Shown here one piece after another: positions 1 through 9,352 of a DNA stretch of 64,000 bases. Numbering within the stretch: the first letter of the stretch is position 1; every line of letters starts with the position of its first letter. The translations under genes were made by a program, and so were the position numbers. The stretch is from contig CAYFHS010000005.1 of assembly GCA_964342815.1 (NCBI GenBank), forward strand, positions 64,001 through 128,000, given 5' to 3'. This DNA comes from an uncultured archaeon. Lineage in GTDB: Archaea > Thermoplasmatota > Penumbrarchaeia > JASLWR01. Under the pieces are notes generated by a model that had not been told where the DNA came from, made no database searches, and saw only the letters and a program-made list of their open reading frames with translations.

Positions 1-2
1 TC

Positions 3-257
3 GAGGATGCGGATGATTATTATAAAAAAGCAAGTTCAAAGCAATTTATTTCCGGGATACGCAAAAAGACACTTCTTATAAATGCAAAAGATGATCCCTT
101 CCTGCATGTGAATTGTTATCCGGTTGTTGAAGCCAGGAAAAGTAAATTTTTATATCTGGAGATGCCGAATCACGGCGGGCACATGGGTTTTGTTACCAGA
201 AGTTCGGATGGACTTTATTGGTACGAAAATAGGACCCTGGATTTTTTCGAATCTTAA
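3..257 (+). CDS. C-terminal end of an alpha/beta hydrolase (YheT-like), truncated by the window start
   Basis: Not in the ORF track. Manual translation of frame 3 gives EDADDYYKKASS...LLINAKDDPF...NHGGHMGFV...YWYENRTLDFFES*. The NAxDDPF and GGHxGF motifs are typical of YheT/ABHD-like hydrolases. Confidence 0.8.
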   Translation, partial: EDADDYYKKASSKQFISGIRKKTLLINAKDDPFLHVNCYPVVEARKSKFLYLEMPNHGGHMGFVTRSSDGLYWYENRTLDFFES

Positions 258-346
258 GCTGGATTCGCCGAATTCAAAGATATTATTTAAGTACTAGAAA
301 TAATAAAAATAGGGTTCGGGGTAGTTCCCCGAACCTACTATAAAAA

Positions 347-2068
347 TTAAAACAATCCCAATGTCTTTCCGTTCTCGTCTATATCCACTCGTTCCGAGGC
401 CGGGTGCGAAGGCATTCCGGGCATGGTTCTCATCTCTCCGCAAAGCGGATAAAGATATCCCGCACCGGCAGCAGGCCTTATATCCACAACAGGCAGCGTG
501 TATCCCGAGGGGGCTCCCGTCAATTTCGGATCATGGGATATGGAAAGATGGGTTTTCGCTATGCAGATGGGGAGTTTACCAAGACCCCATTCGGTATAGA
601 GCTTTATTTTCTCCTCTGCGAGATCGCTGTACTCAACGTTCTCGGCTCTGTATATTTCTCTGGCAATTGTTTCGATCTTCTCTTTGATGGATGCCTCGTC
701 CGGGTAAAGAAGTCTGAAGTTGTTGGGCTTCTCGCAAGCCTCGACCACAGCCTTGGCAAGCTCGGTGCCGCCAGCGCCTCCGTCCGCATGCACCGTCACC
801 GGTATGCAGCTTTCGGCACCTGCCCTTTTGGCTTCTTCGATAACCGTTGCGACCTCGGCGTCGGTATCTGCCGCGAACCTGTTGACGCAGACCACTACGG
901 GTACACCGAATTTCTTCATGTTCTCAATGTGCACTGTAAGGTTGCAGCAACCCTTCCGAACTGCTTCCACGTTCTCTCCCCAGAGTAGCTCCGGGGAGGG
1001 CGCCTTGCCGGGTGGGAATTCGTAACCTCCGCCGTGTAGCTTGAGAGCCCTCACAGTAGAGTTCAACACCACGCAGTCGGGTTTCAGGCCTGAATTCCTG
1101 CACTTGATATCGAACAGTTTCTCAGCGCCGCAATCGGCTGCGAATCCGCTTTCTGTGACAACGTAATCAGCCAGTTTGAGAGCGATCCTGTCCTCGATAA
1201 CCGAGTTGTTGCCGATAGCAATGTTTGCAAAGGGGCCCGAGTGCATGAGACAGGGTCCGCCTTCTAGAGTCTGGATCAGGTTCGGCTTGATAGCCTCCTT
1301 CATCACCACGGTCATTGCCCCTGCAGCCTTCACATCCTCGGCTGTTACCGGAATCCCGTCTCTGCTCATTGCAACGATGATCCTGCCCATCCTCTTTCTC
1401 ATATCCTGCAGGTCGTTTGAGAGTGCCAAAATGGCCATTACTTCCGATGCCACTGTGATATCGACACCGGTTTCTCGTGGGTATCCCTCTATATCGTGCC
1501 TGGATTTAGTACCGATGGTCACGGTGGTCTGAGCGGAGTCGTTCAGGTCCACAACACGTCTCCAGGAGATAGTATCCGGATTGATTTTAAACTCGTTCTT
1601 CCTCCTGAAAGTCGGGTGGAAAACCTGGTTGTCGATGGCGGCAGCCAGCAGATTGTTGGCCACACCAACAGCGTGAATATCTCCAGTGAAGTGCAGGTTT
1701 ATGTCTTCCATTGGGAGAACCTGCGAATAACCTCCTCCGGCTGCACCGCCCTTGATGCCGAAGACCGGTCCCATGGACGGCTCCCGGAGAGCGCATATTA
1801 CGTTCTTCCCGATCAATCTTAGAGCCTGGCTCAGACCTACATTGATGACGGTCTTTCCTTCACCCAGGGGTGTGGGTGTAACTGCGGTGACATCAATGTA
1901 CTTTCCATCGGGCCTATGCTTCAGCTTTTCGAGGACCTCGAGGTTGATCTTGGCCTTGTACTTGCCGTAAAGCTCTATATCGTCCTCCGAAAGCCCCAGT
2001 TCCTTGGCCACGTCGATTATGGGCTTCATCGTAGCTTCCTGTGCTATCTCTAGATCTGATTTCATCAT
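347..2068 (-). CDS. fhs: Formate--tetrahydrofolate ligase
   Basis: Motifs KSDLEIAQ, TPTPLGEGKT, FGIKGGAAGGGYSQV, HSGPFANIA and MRTMPG. The start is moved from 2086 to the ATG at 2068 (or 2065) because an AGGAGGG ribosome-binding site lies at 2071-2077. Confidence 0.97.
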   Translation of the reverse strand: MMKSDLEIAQEATMKPIIDVAKELGLSEDDIELYGKYKAKINLEVLEKLKHRPDGKYIDVTAVTPTPLGEGKTVINVGLSQALRLIGKNVICALREPSMGPVFGIKGGAAGGGYSQVLPMEDINLHFTGDIHAVGVANNLLAAAIDNQVFHPTFRRKNEFKINPDTISWRRVVDLNDSAQTTVTIGTKSRHDIEGYPRETGVDITVASEVMAILALSNDLQDMRKRMGRIIVAMSRDGIPVTAEDVKAAGAMTVVMKEAIKPNLIQTLEGGPCLMHSGPFANIAIGNNSVIEDRIALKLADYVVTESGFAADCGAEKLFDIKCRNSGLKPDCVVLNSTVRALKLHGGGYEFPPGKAPSPELLWGENVEAVRKGCCNLTVHIENMKKFGVPVVVCVNRFAADTDAEVATVIEEAKRAGAESCIPVTVHADGGAGGTELAKAVVEACEKPNNFRLLYPDEASIKEKIETIAREIYRAENVEYSDLAEEKIKLYTEWGLGKLPICIAKTHLSISHDPKLTGAPSGYTLPVVDIRPAAGAGYLYPLCGEMRTMPGMPSHPASERVDIDENGKTLGLF

Positions 2069-2445
2069 TTCCCTCCTTTTATGCATAAATGCATTTTTAT
2101 TAATTATTTTCGTTTTTATGGTAATAATATAGAAGAATTTTGAGTGTTAGAGGGCCAATAATATTTAACATTTTATGCAATATGATAGCAATTCCGCATT
2201 ATTGTCGTTTTAAAAGAGACATTTCTCGAAAATGAGTACCGTCGATATTGTTATGATGCGAAGTTCGAAATGTGAATCGTGAATTAGTAAATTCACTTCA
2301 CCCGCGTAAATCCAAGGATTTCCTGCGGGAATCGAAGTTCGCACCTTGACAATGTTAGCGGTAAAGCGTGATAACGCAGATACCGCAAAATATATATCAA
2401 TAAGAATTATATATAAAAATGGGATTTAGGTGCCTCGAATCTTAT

Positions 2446-2518
2446 AGTCCTGTAGTGTAGTGGCCTAGCATGCTGGCCTTTGGAGCCAGCGACGGAGGTT
2501 CGAATCCTCCCAGGACTG
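2446..2518 (+). tRNA. tRNA-Gln(TTG)
   Basis: Acceptor stem AGTCCTG/CAGGACT (A1-U72, typical of archaeal tRNA-Gln); anticodon arm CTGGC-CTTTGGA-GCCAG; T arm GGAGG-TTCGAAT-CCTCC; AT-rich TATA-like element at about 2407-2419. Confidence 0.97.
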
Positions 2519-2601
2519 TTTAACCGCCAACATGGTATCATTATTGGTATCAGCATTAATGAAATTAACCAATATTATATACAGGAATCCCGAGGGAGAG
2601 C

Positions 2602-2880
2602 ATGCCAAAAAAATCAAAAACCGGACGGAAGGAATTACCAGTTGAGTTACCCACGTTTCGTAAGCCATTTTTGATAGGTCTGTTCATTGCCTCAATAGTT
2701 CTTGTCCCACTGTCCGTGACCGGAACCCTGATATTACCTCTAAATGATTGGTTTTCAATCACCACCCCTTTAAAACCCGGTTTGTGGACCATCTTTGGTG
2801 TGATGACGGGATTATTATTGTCAGCGATTTTTGCATTTTTCTTTGCAAGGAGCATAACTCCTTCTGGTAAAGCGAATTGA
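2602..2880 (+). CDS. Small hypothetical membrane protein (2 predicted TM helices)
   Basis: 92 aa with a basic N-terminus and two hydrophobic stretches; GGAG ribosome-binding-like sequence just upstream of the ATG. Confidence 0.7.
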   Translation: MPKKSKTGRKELPVELPTFRKPFLIGLFIASIVLVPLSVTGTLILPLNDWFSITTPLKPGLWTIFGVMTGLLLSAIFAFFFARSITPSGKAN

Positions 2881-3114
2881 TTTTAATAATTGGTGTATAA
2901 CGAGCATTTTTCTTATCCCCAATGGTGTACGGGGTATTGTTTCATGTTTCTATTAGCCGATAATCCTGTTTTTTTACCTCCTCAGAGGCTTTTCATCAAG
3001 GGCCAAAATATGATAAACAACATTTTAAATACTACAAATTTATTAATGTCGAAATCAGGTTTTGTATCTGACAGAAAACTGTTGATTGACAGATTAAACT
3101 AAAAAGGTGATCCA

Positions 3115-5964
3115 ATGGCATATTTAGCAATAACGAAAAGAATATTGATCGTGATGTTTACTGGGATGTTGATGTTTTCCGGGTTGACACTTGTCAACGA
3201 CTTGATTGTGGAAAACGTATCGGGGAATTTACTTGTTTTTGGCGATACTTGGAACAGCGTTGCCACTACGGGAGGCGGAGGCGTATTTATCTCTGTAAAT
3301 ATTACTACCGATGGTGTTTCGGGCGCTCCCAACAATGCGGAGGTTTTTTTTAACTTTACCATCAATGGTCCCTCTGGCCTGATAAGAGGAGGTCAAAACA
3401 TTAGCGTAACCACAAGGAACGATACAAGTTGGACCGTAGTAATTAAAGGGCCGATGCCAACAAATGCCAACCAGATAGGATACGACTTTTCCGCATGGAA
3501 CATGTCTGACCAGGCTTCAGGGGTAGTCCGATTATCGAGTCAAACAATCAATATTATAGATAATATCAAGCCAACCGTTGTAAACCTTCAAAATGTAGAG
3601 ATAGGGACTGGTGAAGAAGTTAAGTTCAATGCCACGGGATGTACCGACAATGTTGATACACCCGACAATCTTCTTTATCACTGGAACTTCAATTATGGAG
3701 GGGTCCGGAATTTATCGGGAAAACTACAGACGTTCACCTTCGACAATCCCGGAGTTTATACGGTTACGTTGAGCATTAAGGATATGTCTAACAACTGGAA
3801 TTCGGGTTCAATGACCGTTACCGTATTGGCCGATGCGATATCGATAAACGCAACCACGCTTGCCAATCTTACGTTCAAGAATGTAGTACTGGTAGAGGAC
3901 GGCACCCCGTTCAATACAACCTTGTACAACAAAATATTCATCAATGAGACAGTGGGATTATTATCTTACAAGACCGGCGACACTTCAGAGGTGAATTGGA
4001 CCAATGTCAGCTGGGGGAGCGAGTACAGCACGGAGAACCTTAACGTCAAGATCGATAACATGGGTACTCCCGCCGACGGTACGGATGATCTGTTGATCAT
4101 AACCCCGAATCCTAACAAATTTTCGGCGATAAAGGAAAATGTGACCGTTAAGGCCAGTCTTAGCGGTTTCGAGGCATTGTTCAACTTTACTGCGACCATA
4201 ACCAGCGTTAACGATGCACCAGAATTCGTAACCTATAAACTCAACAACGATACCGAGGGCACTCCCGAGGGTGAAAATATCAGCTTCAGTCAGGTAAATG
4301 AGGACGGTACCGTTAATATAACTATCACCGCTGATGACGCAGATCTCCCTTACGGAGATGGTTTGAGTTTCGGTGTGTTCTATCAAGAGAATACCTCGAC
4401 TGCCACGATTCTCAAGCTGGATAATACCACTGCAAACCTCACCTTCACACCGAAGAAGAATTTCGTTGGCACTTCTCTGGTTATAATAACCGTTACCGAT
4501 GACGAGGGTAACGTGACCAAACAGAACCTGACGTTCATCCTTAAACCGGTGAACGATGCGCCCTCCATGATATCTTTCGTCCTGAACGGCGTGGAAGGGA
4601 CCGTGGAAGGAGACGGTAATGTCAGTTTTACCATAAAAGAGGATGAAACATGGAATATTACAATAACCGGGGCCGACGCGGACCTTCCTTACGGTGAGGT
4701 ACTAACGTATACTGTGGTTTCAAAACAGAAAGACTCCGTTGCGGTCTTTGGGCCTGTAGTTGGTTCAATGGCCAACCTTACCTTCACTCCAAAAGCGAAT
4801 TACAATAAAAATGAGATTGGAAATGAGGCGGTATTAAATATCAGTCTGGAGGATAAAGCAGGCGCTGTATCCTTCCAGATTATAACCTTCACCGTAACAC
4901 CGGAGAACGATGCTCCAAGCATTGCCGGTTTGGGAATAAAGGGAAATTGCTCGGTTCCTACTGCGGTTGAGAACGAACCGGTTTCCCTGACCGTCCGTTA
5001 TCTAAATAATACGTTGATAAATGGGACCGATGTTCTCGATATTGATAAGGACGTTCTCACCTATACGTGGTATATAAAATTGAAACCAACTGATCCAAAC
5101 GCTTCCGAAGAACCCGTCTGGACTCTTGCGGGGAATGCAACAGGTGTCAATACGACCTATACATTTACCACCACGGGGACCTATCTGGTATGGCTCAAGG
5201 TATCCGACGCATCCGGCGGTTATGATTATCAAAAAGTAATGACGATTGCTGTCAATCCCTACGTCCCACCCGCCAAACCTGACGATGGCGATGCAAGCAG
5301 TATGCCCCTAATAATGATCATCGTGATAGTCGTTTTATTGATTGGTGGCATAGTTGTAGCTCTTATAATGATAAGCAAGAAGAAGACTGAAACGAAGGCA
5401 GGGGATGAGTTCTCGGAATTCGACATGCCATCCGAATCACAACCAGGAATGGATCAGTTCGGCCAGCCACAGCAACCACAACCCGGCATGGACCAATTCG
5501 GCCAGCCAATGCAGCCGCAGCCGGGTATGGATCAGTTCGGTCAACCAATGCAGCCGCAGCCTGGTCTTGATCAGTTCGGTCAACCAATGCAGCCACAACC
5601 AGGTATGGATCAGTTCGGCCAACCCCAGCAACCCCCGCAGGCCCAGCCTGGTCTTGATCAGTTCGGTCAACCTCAGCAGCCGCAGCCTGGATTTGATCAG
5701 TTCGGCCAGCCACAGCAGCCTCAACAGGCCCAGCCTGGATTTGACCAATTTGGTCAGCCTCAGCCCGGGATGGGTCAATTTGGTCAGCCACAGCAGCCGC
5801 AACAACCTGCCATGGGTCAATATGGTGGTGCGCCAATGCAACAATCTCAACAATCTCTCCCCCAGGCAGGGGCCCCAATGGGTGGTGGGAACCTCTGTCC
5901 GCACTGCAGGGCACCTATTGAGCCCGGTTGGTTCCTCTGTCCCAACTGCAAGAACCAGATATAG
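3115..5964 (+). CDS. Surface protein: signal peptide, PKD and cadherin-like/Ig repeats, TM anchor, cytoplasmic Q/P/FG repeats, C-terminal double zinc ribbon
   Basis: PKD-like segments (YHWNF...FTFDNPGVYTVTL); repeated VNDAP cadherin-like linkers; hydrophobic helix LIMIIVIVVLLIGGIVVALIMI; C-terminal CPHC...CPNC. Confidence 0.9.
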   Translation: MAYLAITKRILIVMFTGMLMFSGLTLVNDLIVENVSGNLLVFGDTWNSVATTGGGGVFISVNITTDGVSGAPNNAEVFFNFTINGPSGLIRGGQNISVTTRNDTSWTVVIKGPMPTNANQIGYDFSAWNMSDQASGVVRLSSQTINIIDNIKPTVVNLQNVEIGTGEEVKFNATGCTDNVDTPDNLLYHWNFNYGGVRNLSGKLQTFTFDNPGVYTVTLSIKDMSNNWNSGSMTVTVLADAISINATTLANLTFKNVVLVEDGTPFNTTLYNKIFINETVGLLSYKTGDTSEVNWTNVSWGSEYSTENLNVKIDNMGTPADGTDDLLIITPNPNKFSAIKENVTVKASLSGFEALFNFTATITSVNDAPEFVTYKLNNDTEGTPEGENISFSQVNEDGTVNITITADDADLPYGDGLSFGVFYQENTSTATILKLDNTTANLTFTPKKNFVGTSLVIITVTDDEGNVTKQNLTFILKPVNDAPSMISFVLNGVEGTVEGDGNVSFTIKEDETWNITITGADADLPYGEVLTYTVVSKQKDSVAVFGPVVGSMANLTFTPKANYNKNEIGNEAVLNISLEDKAGAVSFQIITFTVTPENDAPSIAGLGIKGNCSVPTAVENEPVSLTVRYLNNTLINGTDVLDIDKDVLTYTWYIKLKPTDPNASEEPVWTLAGNATGVNTTYTFTTTGTYLVWLKVSDASGGYDYQKVMTIAVNPYVPPAKPDDGDASSMPLIMIIVIVVLLIGGIVVALIMISKKKTETKAGDEFSEFDMPSESQPGMDQFGQPQQPQPGMDQFGQPMQPQPGMDQFGQPMQPQPGLDQFGQPMQPQPGMDQFGQPQQPPQAQPGLDQFGQPQQPQPGFDQFGQPQQPQQAQPGFDQFGQPQPGMGQFGQPQQPQQPAMGQYGGAPMQQSQQSLPQAGAPMGGGNLCPHCRAPIEPGWFLCPNCKNQI
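5446..5829 (+). repeat. Coding tandem repeat, about 39 bp unit, encoding G(M/L/F)(D/G)QFGQP(Q/M)QPQP
   Basis: Nine QFGQP units plus one QYGG unit, visible in both the DNA and the protein. Confidence 0.95.
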
Positions 5965-5992
5965 TTCCGGTGCTATTTTCAGCTCAAAGAGT

Positions 5993-6031
5993 GGGCGGTT
6001 CCTTGCTGAGGGCTCGCCCTTCTTTTTTTTT
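5993..6031 (+). terminator. Putative hairpin plus oligo-T terminator
   Basis: GGGCG...CGCCC stem followed by TTCTTTTTTTTT, about 30 nt after the stop of the 949-aa gene. Confidence 0.5.
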
Positions 6032-6050
6032 ATTTTAGGAATATACGGCG

Positions 6051-7517
6051 GTGTTCTGCATCTACATTGCATTGGATGATACGGATTCCATGGAGGGCGG
6101 TTGTACAACGTATCTTCTCACCCGGGCCCTTGAGATTTGCCGTGATTCAGGTTATACCTGCCTTTTTTTGCCGGGGCTGGTCCGATTGAATCCGAACATT
6201 CCTTACAAAACCCGTGGCAATGGAGCAGTAGTATTTTACGTATCTCGCCGGATGGGCGATGACAATAATACCTTTTGCTCAGGTGCCATAGGCAATGAGC
6301 CGATGATGTCGATATGGTCGGATGACGAACACCGTGCGCCGGACCATGAGCCGCAAACAGAATTATTTCAGAAATTGAAACGACTTATAGATGAAGAATC
6401 ATCTTATGGGCATGAAAACACGAATCCGGGCCTGGTTGTCAGCAGCGATACTTTTGGATTATCCAATTATGAACGCGCAGTTCGAGCAGTATATCCGCTG
6501 GAAATGGTGCTGGGTATACTGGATCGAAAAATGAATACCTTGTACCATGGTCTGGGCTCTATGCGAGGTCTCGTGGGATGTTTAGGTGCTTTATCGTGGT
6601 ACCAGAACTACCGATCAAAGGGATTGGACCACACTTACGAAATGATATGCTACAGAAAACCTGAATTTTGGGGTACAAAAAGAGATGTCAAGCCAGATTT
6701 TGTAAGGTCCCTGGACCTGGAACTGCCCGGATCATTTAACAATTACGATCTGAAGAATGATAAACCGTTGATATATCCCAACACTCCCTGCCCGGTATTG
6801 TTTGGGGTCAGAGGCAATGATTATCACGTATTACCTCGTGCTTTGGAGATATTGGAGACCTTTGAGATGGAGCGGTGGCAGTTATTCGTCACCAATCAGG
6901 GGACTGATGATCATTTGGTACCGACCAGCCTTGGAAAGATTGAAAACTACGCTTCGGTCATCACTGAAGGGACCGTTCTCGAGAGTTCATTCACTATAAA
7001 GGGGGGTCATGTATTCATAAGGATAGGGGAGGGGGATAATAGCATATATGCCGCGGCCTTTGAGCCAACGAAGAGCTTTCGGAAAATAGTTCGAGGACTT
7101 TTGCCGGGTGATCGGGTGCGTGTGTTCGGAGGGGTGAAAGGTGACGAAAAGGCGGCTGATGATGGATGGGGGAAAATGAGACCGGCGTTGTTAGACGGGT
7201 TTGCGAGGGTGATCAATCTGGAGAAACTGGAGCTAATTGATAAAACCCATAGGCTGACAAAGATCTCCAATCCCATCTGTCCAAGCTGCAAAACAAAGAT
7301 GAAATCCCTGGGAAAGGGTGTGGGTTACAGGTGCAGAAAATGCCGCTTCAAGGCTGCTGAGAAGGATGCGGATTACGGTGAGCTTCCCCGCACCTTGGTG
7401 GAGGGTAAAACGTACGAGGTTGACGGAGTTGCCATGAGGCATTTGTCAAAACCGCTTGTTAGAATTGGCCGTGAAAAAGGGAGATCGCTTACGGAAATTG
7501 ATCAAATAAATTATTAA
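6051..7517 (+). CDS. tiaS: tRNA(Ile2) 2-agmatinylcytidine synthetase
   Basis: N-terminal DDTDS-x2-GGCTT; LVRLNPNIPYKTRGNGAV; P-x-P-C-P-VLFGVRG; TNQGTDDH; OB-fold AAFEPTK; zinc ribbon CPSC...CRKC. Confidence 0.95.
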   Translation: MFCIYIALDDTDSMEGGCTTYLLTRALEICRDSGYTCLFLPGLVRLNPNIPYKTRGNGAVVFYVSRRMGDDNNTFCSGAIGNEPMMSIWSDDEHRAPDHEPQTELFQKLKRLIDEESSYGHENTNPGLVVSSDTFGLSNYERAVRAVYPLEMVLGILDRKMNTLYHGLGSMRGLVGCLGALSWYQNYRSKGLDHTYEMICYRKPEFWGTKRDVKPDFVRSLDLELPGSFNNYDLKNDKPLIYPNTPCPVLFGVRGNDYHVLPRALEILETFEMERWQLFVTNQGTDDHLVPTSLGKIENYASVITEGTVLESSFTIKGGHVFIRIGEGDNSIYAAAFEPTKSFRKIVRGLLPGDRVRVFGGVKGDEKAADDGWGKMRPALLDGFARVINLEKLELIDKTHRLTKISNPICPSCKTKMKSLGKGVGYRCRKCRFKAAEKDADYGELPRTLVEGKTYEVDGVAMRHLSKPLVRIGREKGRSLTEIDQINY

Positions 7518-7525
7518 AAAAAAAG

Positions 7526-7631
7526 AGCCACCGGCGGGGATTGAACCCGCGATCTATGCCTTTTCGGGTTCGGCGCCGGGAGACCGGCACACGCTTACCA
7601 AGGCATCGCTATACCACTAAGCCACGGTGGC
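7526..7631 (-). tRNA. tRNA-Thr(GGT) with a 34-nt intron at position 37/38 (intron 7562-7595)
   Basis: Acceptor GCCACCG/CGGTGGC; anticodon stem ATGCC/GGCAT with loop TT-GGT-A|intron|A; T arm GCGGG-TTCAATC-CCCGC; exon TTGG pairs with intron CCGA to give the central BHB helix. Confidence 0.93.
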
Positions 7632-7775
7632 CCGCAGATTCGTACATCGCGTTCGAACGGTGCGGCAAATATATTCCTGATTTTAATAATTTTTCTTCAA
7701 AATAGGTCGAGGAAATTCGTTTCACCAGTGGGAACCTAACGTAAAAAAATTAATAATCTATTCGCATTAGACCGG

Positions 7776-8756
7776 GTGATGATCACAATCAGGGATCTTA
7801 CAAAGCGCTATCCTCCGGGCATTCCAAGATGGAAGAAGTGGTTCCATCGTGGCAGCAAGGAAACTTTCCTCGGTGAACTTGCTGTGGACAGGCTGAACAT
7901 GGAGGTGGGGAAAGGGCAGGTATACGGTTTCATCGGTCCCAACGGCGCGGGAAAAACCACTACTATCAAGATGTTGGTCGGCCTTATGCCCCCTAGTTCC
8001 GGGACGGCGCTGGTATGTGGTCTTGATGTGGTTGAGGAGGGTGAAATGGTCCGGGGCAGGATCGGTTATATGCCTGAAGCCCCGTCATTCTATCCCCGAG
8101 TTTCTGTTTTGGATGTCCTGCGATATTACTCCAAGCTTTATTCCATCCCTGGCGGGTCTATCGACAGGAAAATTGCGAAGGTTTTGCGCACTGTGGGAAT
8201 CGCCGGTGAACGGGCCAAATTGTGCGGAAAATTATCTTTTGGGATGAAAAAGAGACTTTCTCTTGCCCAAGCATTGTTGAACGATCCCGAGCTGCTTATA
8301 CTGGACGAACCCACTGGTGGTCTGGATCCTGGGGGGAAGAGGGATTTCCGTAAACTTTTAACGAAACTGTCCGACCGTGGAATTACCATATTTATGTCAT
8401 CGCATCTTCTCGAAGAGGTACAGAAGATAAGTACCCATGTGGGCATTATCCATCACGGACGATTGATAACCAGCGGATCTCTCGGGGAACTTCAGGAGAA
8501 GATGGGTAAAGAGGCGAAGGTGAAGATAAAGGTAAGAGTCGCATCGACCTCAAAGATTCCCCTTTCATCTATCGAAAAAATAGAAGGAATAATTGACCTG
8601 AGGATTTCCGAAGATACAATGACCATAGTAGCTGAGACAGATAATATATCGTCGGAGGTCAACCGACTATTGGTGGAGAATGATTGTCAGGTTCGTTCCA
8701 TAGTGATAGAAGAACCGGAGCTTGAGGATATCTTTTTTGATCAGACTTCAAAATGA
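7776..8756 (+). CDS. ABC transporter ATP-binding protein (ABC-2/DrrA-like)
   Basis: Walker A GPNGAGKTT, signature LSFGMKKR, Walker B LLILDEPT, SSH switch. Confidence 0.95.
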   Translation: MMITIRDLTKRYPPGIPRWKKWFHRGSKETFLGELAVDRLNMEVGKGQVYGFIGPNGAGKTTTIKMLVGLMPPSSGTALVCGLDVVEEGEMVRGRIGYMPEAPSFYPRVSVLDVLRYYSKLYSIPGGSIDRKIAKVLRTVGIAGERAKLCGKLSFGMKKRLSLAQALLNDPELLILDEPTGGLDPGGKRDFRKLLTKLSDRGITIFMSSHLLEEVQKISTHVGIIHHGRLITSGSLGELQEKMGKEAKVKIKVRVASTSKIPLSSIEKIEGIIDLRISEDTMTIVAETDNISSEVNRLLVENDCQVRSIVIEEPELEDIFFDQTSK

Positions 8757-9235
8757 ATTCCATTTGTCCATGCCTGCTTTATGTCGTTTAGAGAATAACC
8801 CTTCGTATTGTATAGCTCGATCATATCATTTTCAGACCAGTAAGGGGATTCCCAGGGAGGGCGTCCGAGCCTTTTTCTGAATCTGGTAAGAATATCGTTC
8901 ACCACTGAAATGGAAGCCTGAGTTTCTTTGAAATCGGATGTTATTTCGATAAGTGACTGCCAGGTAGATGTGCCGATGGTTTCCGCTATGAGTTTGAAAG
9001 AAATATCCCCCAATTCAATGGATATGCTCCAGGGAAAATAATCCCTTTCCCACGTCAACCGTATATTTGGTTGGCTTCCCTTTCTCCGAACCGTCTTCAG
9101 GAAATTATCCCCCACATCGGTTAGCATCAGGCGGTCTTTGAAATTCCGAGGAGATAATATTTTACCCTTGCGAAGTCCCTTTTTCGAACAGCTGGGTCTA
9201 AGATGATTGGGGAACACAATATAGTGTTGGATCAT
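8741..9235 (-). CDS. Hypothetical protein
   Basis: 164-aa ORF with plausible composition and a GGGGTGA ribosome-binding-like site upstream; no recognised motif. Confidence 0.6.
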   Translation of the reverse strand: MIQHYIVFPNHLRPSCSKKGLRKGKILSPRNFKDRLMLTDVGDNFLKTVRRKGSQPNIRLTWERDYFPWSISIELGDISFKLIAETIGTSTWQSLIEITSDFKETQASISVVNDILTRFRKRLGRPPWESPYWSENDMIELYNTKGYSLNDIKQAWTNGIHFEV

Positions 9236-9352
9236 TCACACCCCTTTTGGATTATCGTAATATATCAGCTGGGATATTTCCAAGATAATAATAACTGATA
9301 CAGTGATCGATCTTGTAAATAATTTTTTCGGTGGATATAAAAGAATCGGAAA

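Noticed and set aside
5363-6108. Alternative-frame ORFs of 183-224 aa
   Set aside because: Shadows of the coding tandem repeat in 3115-5964, which lacks stops in other frames.
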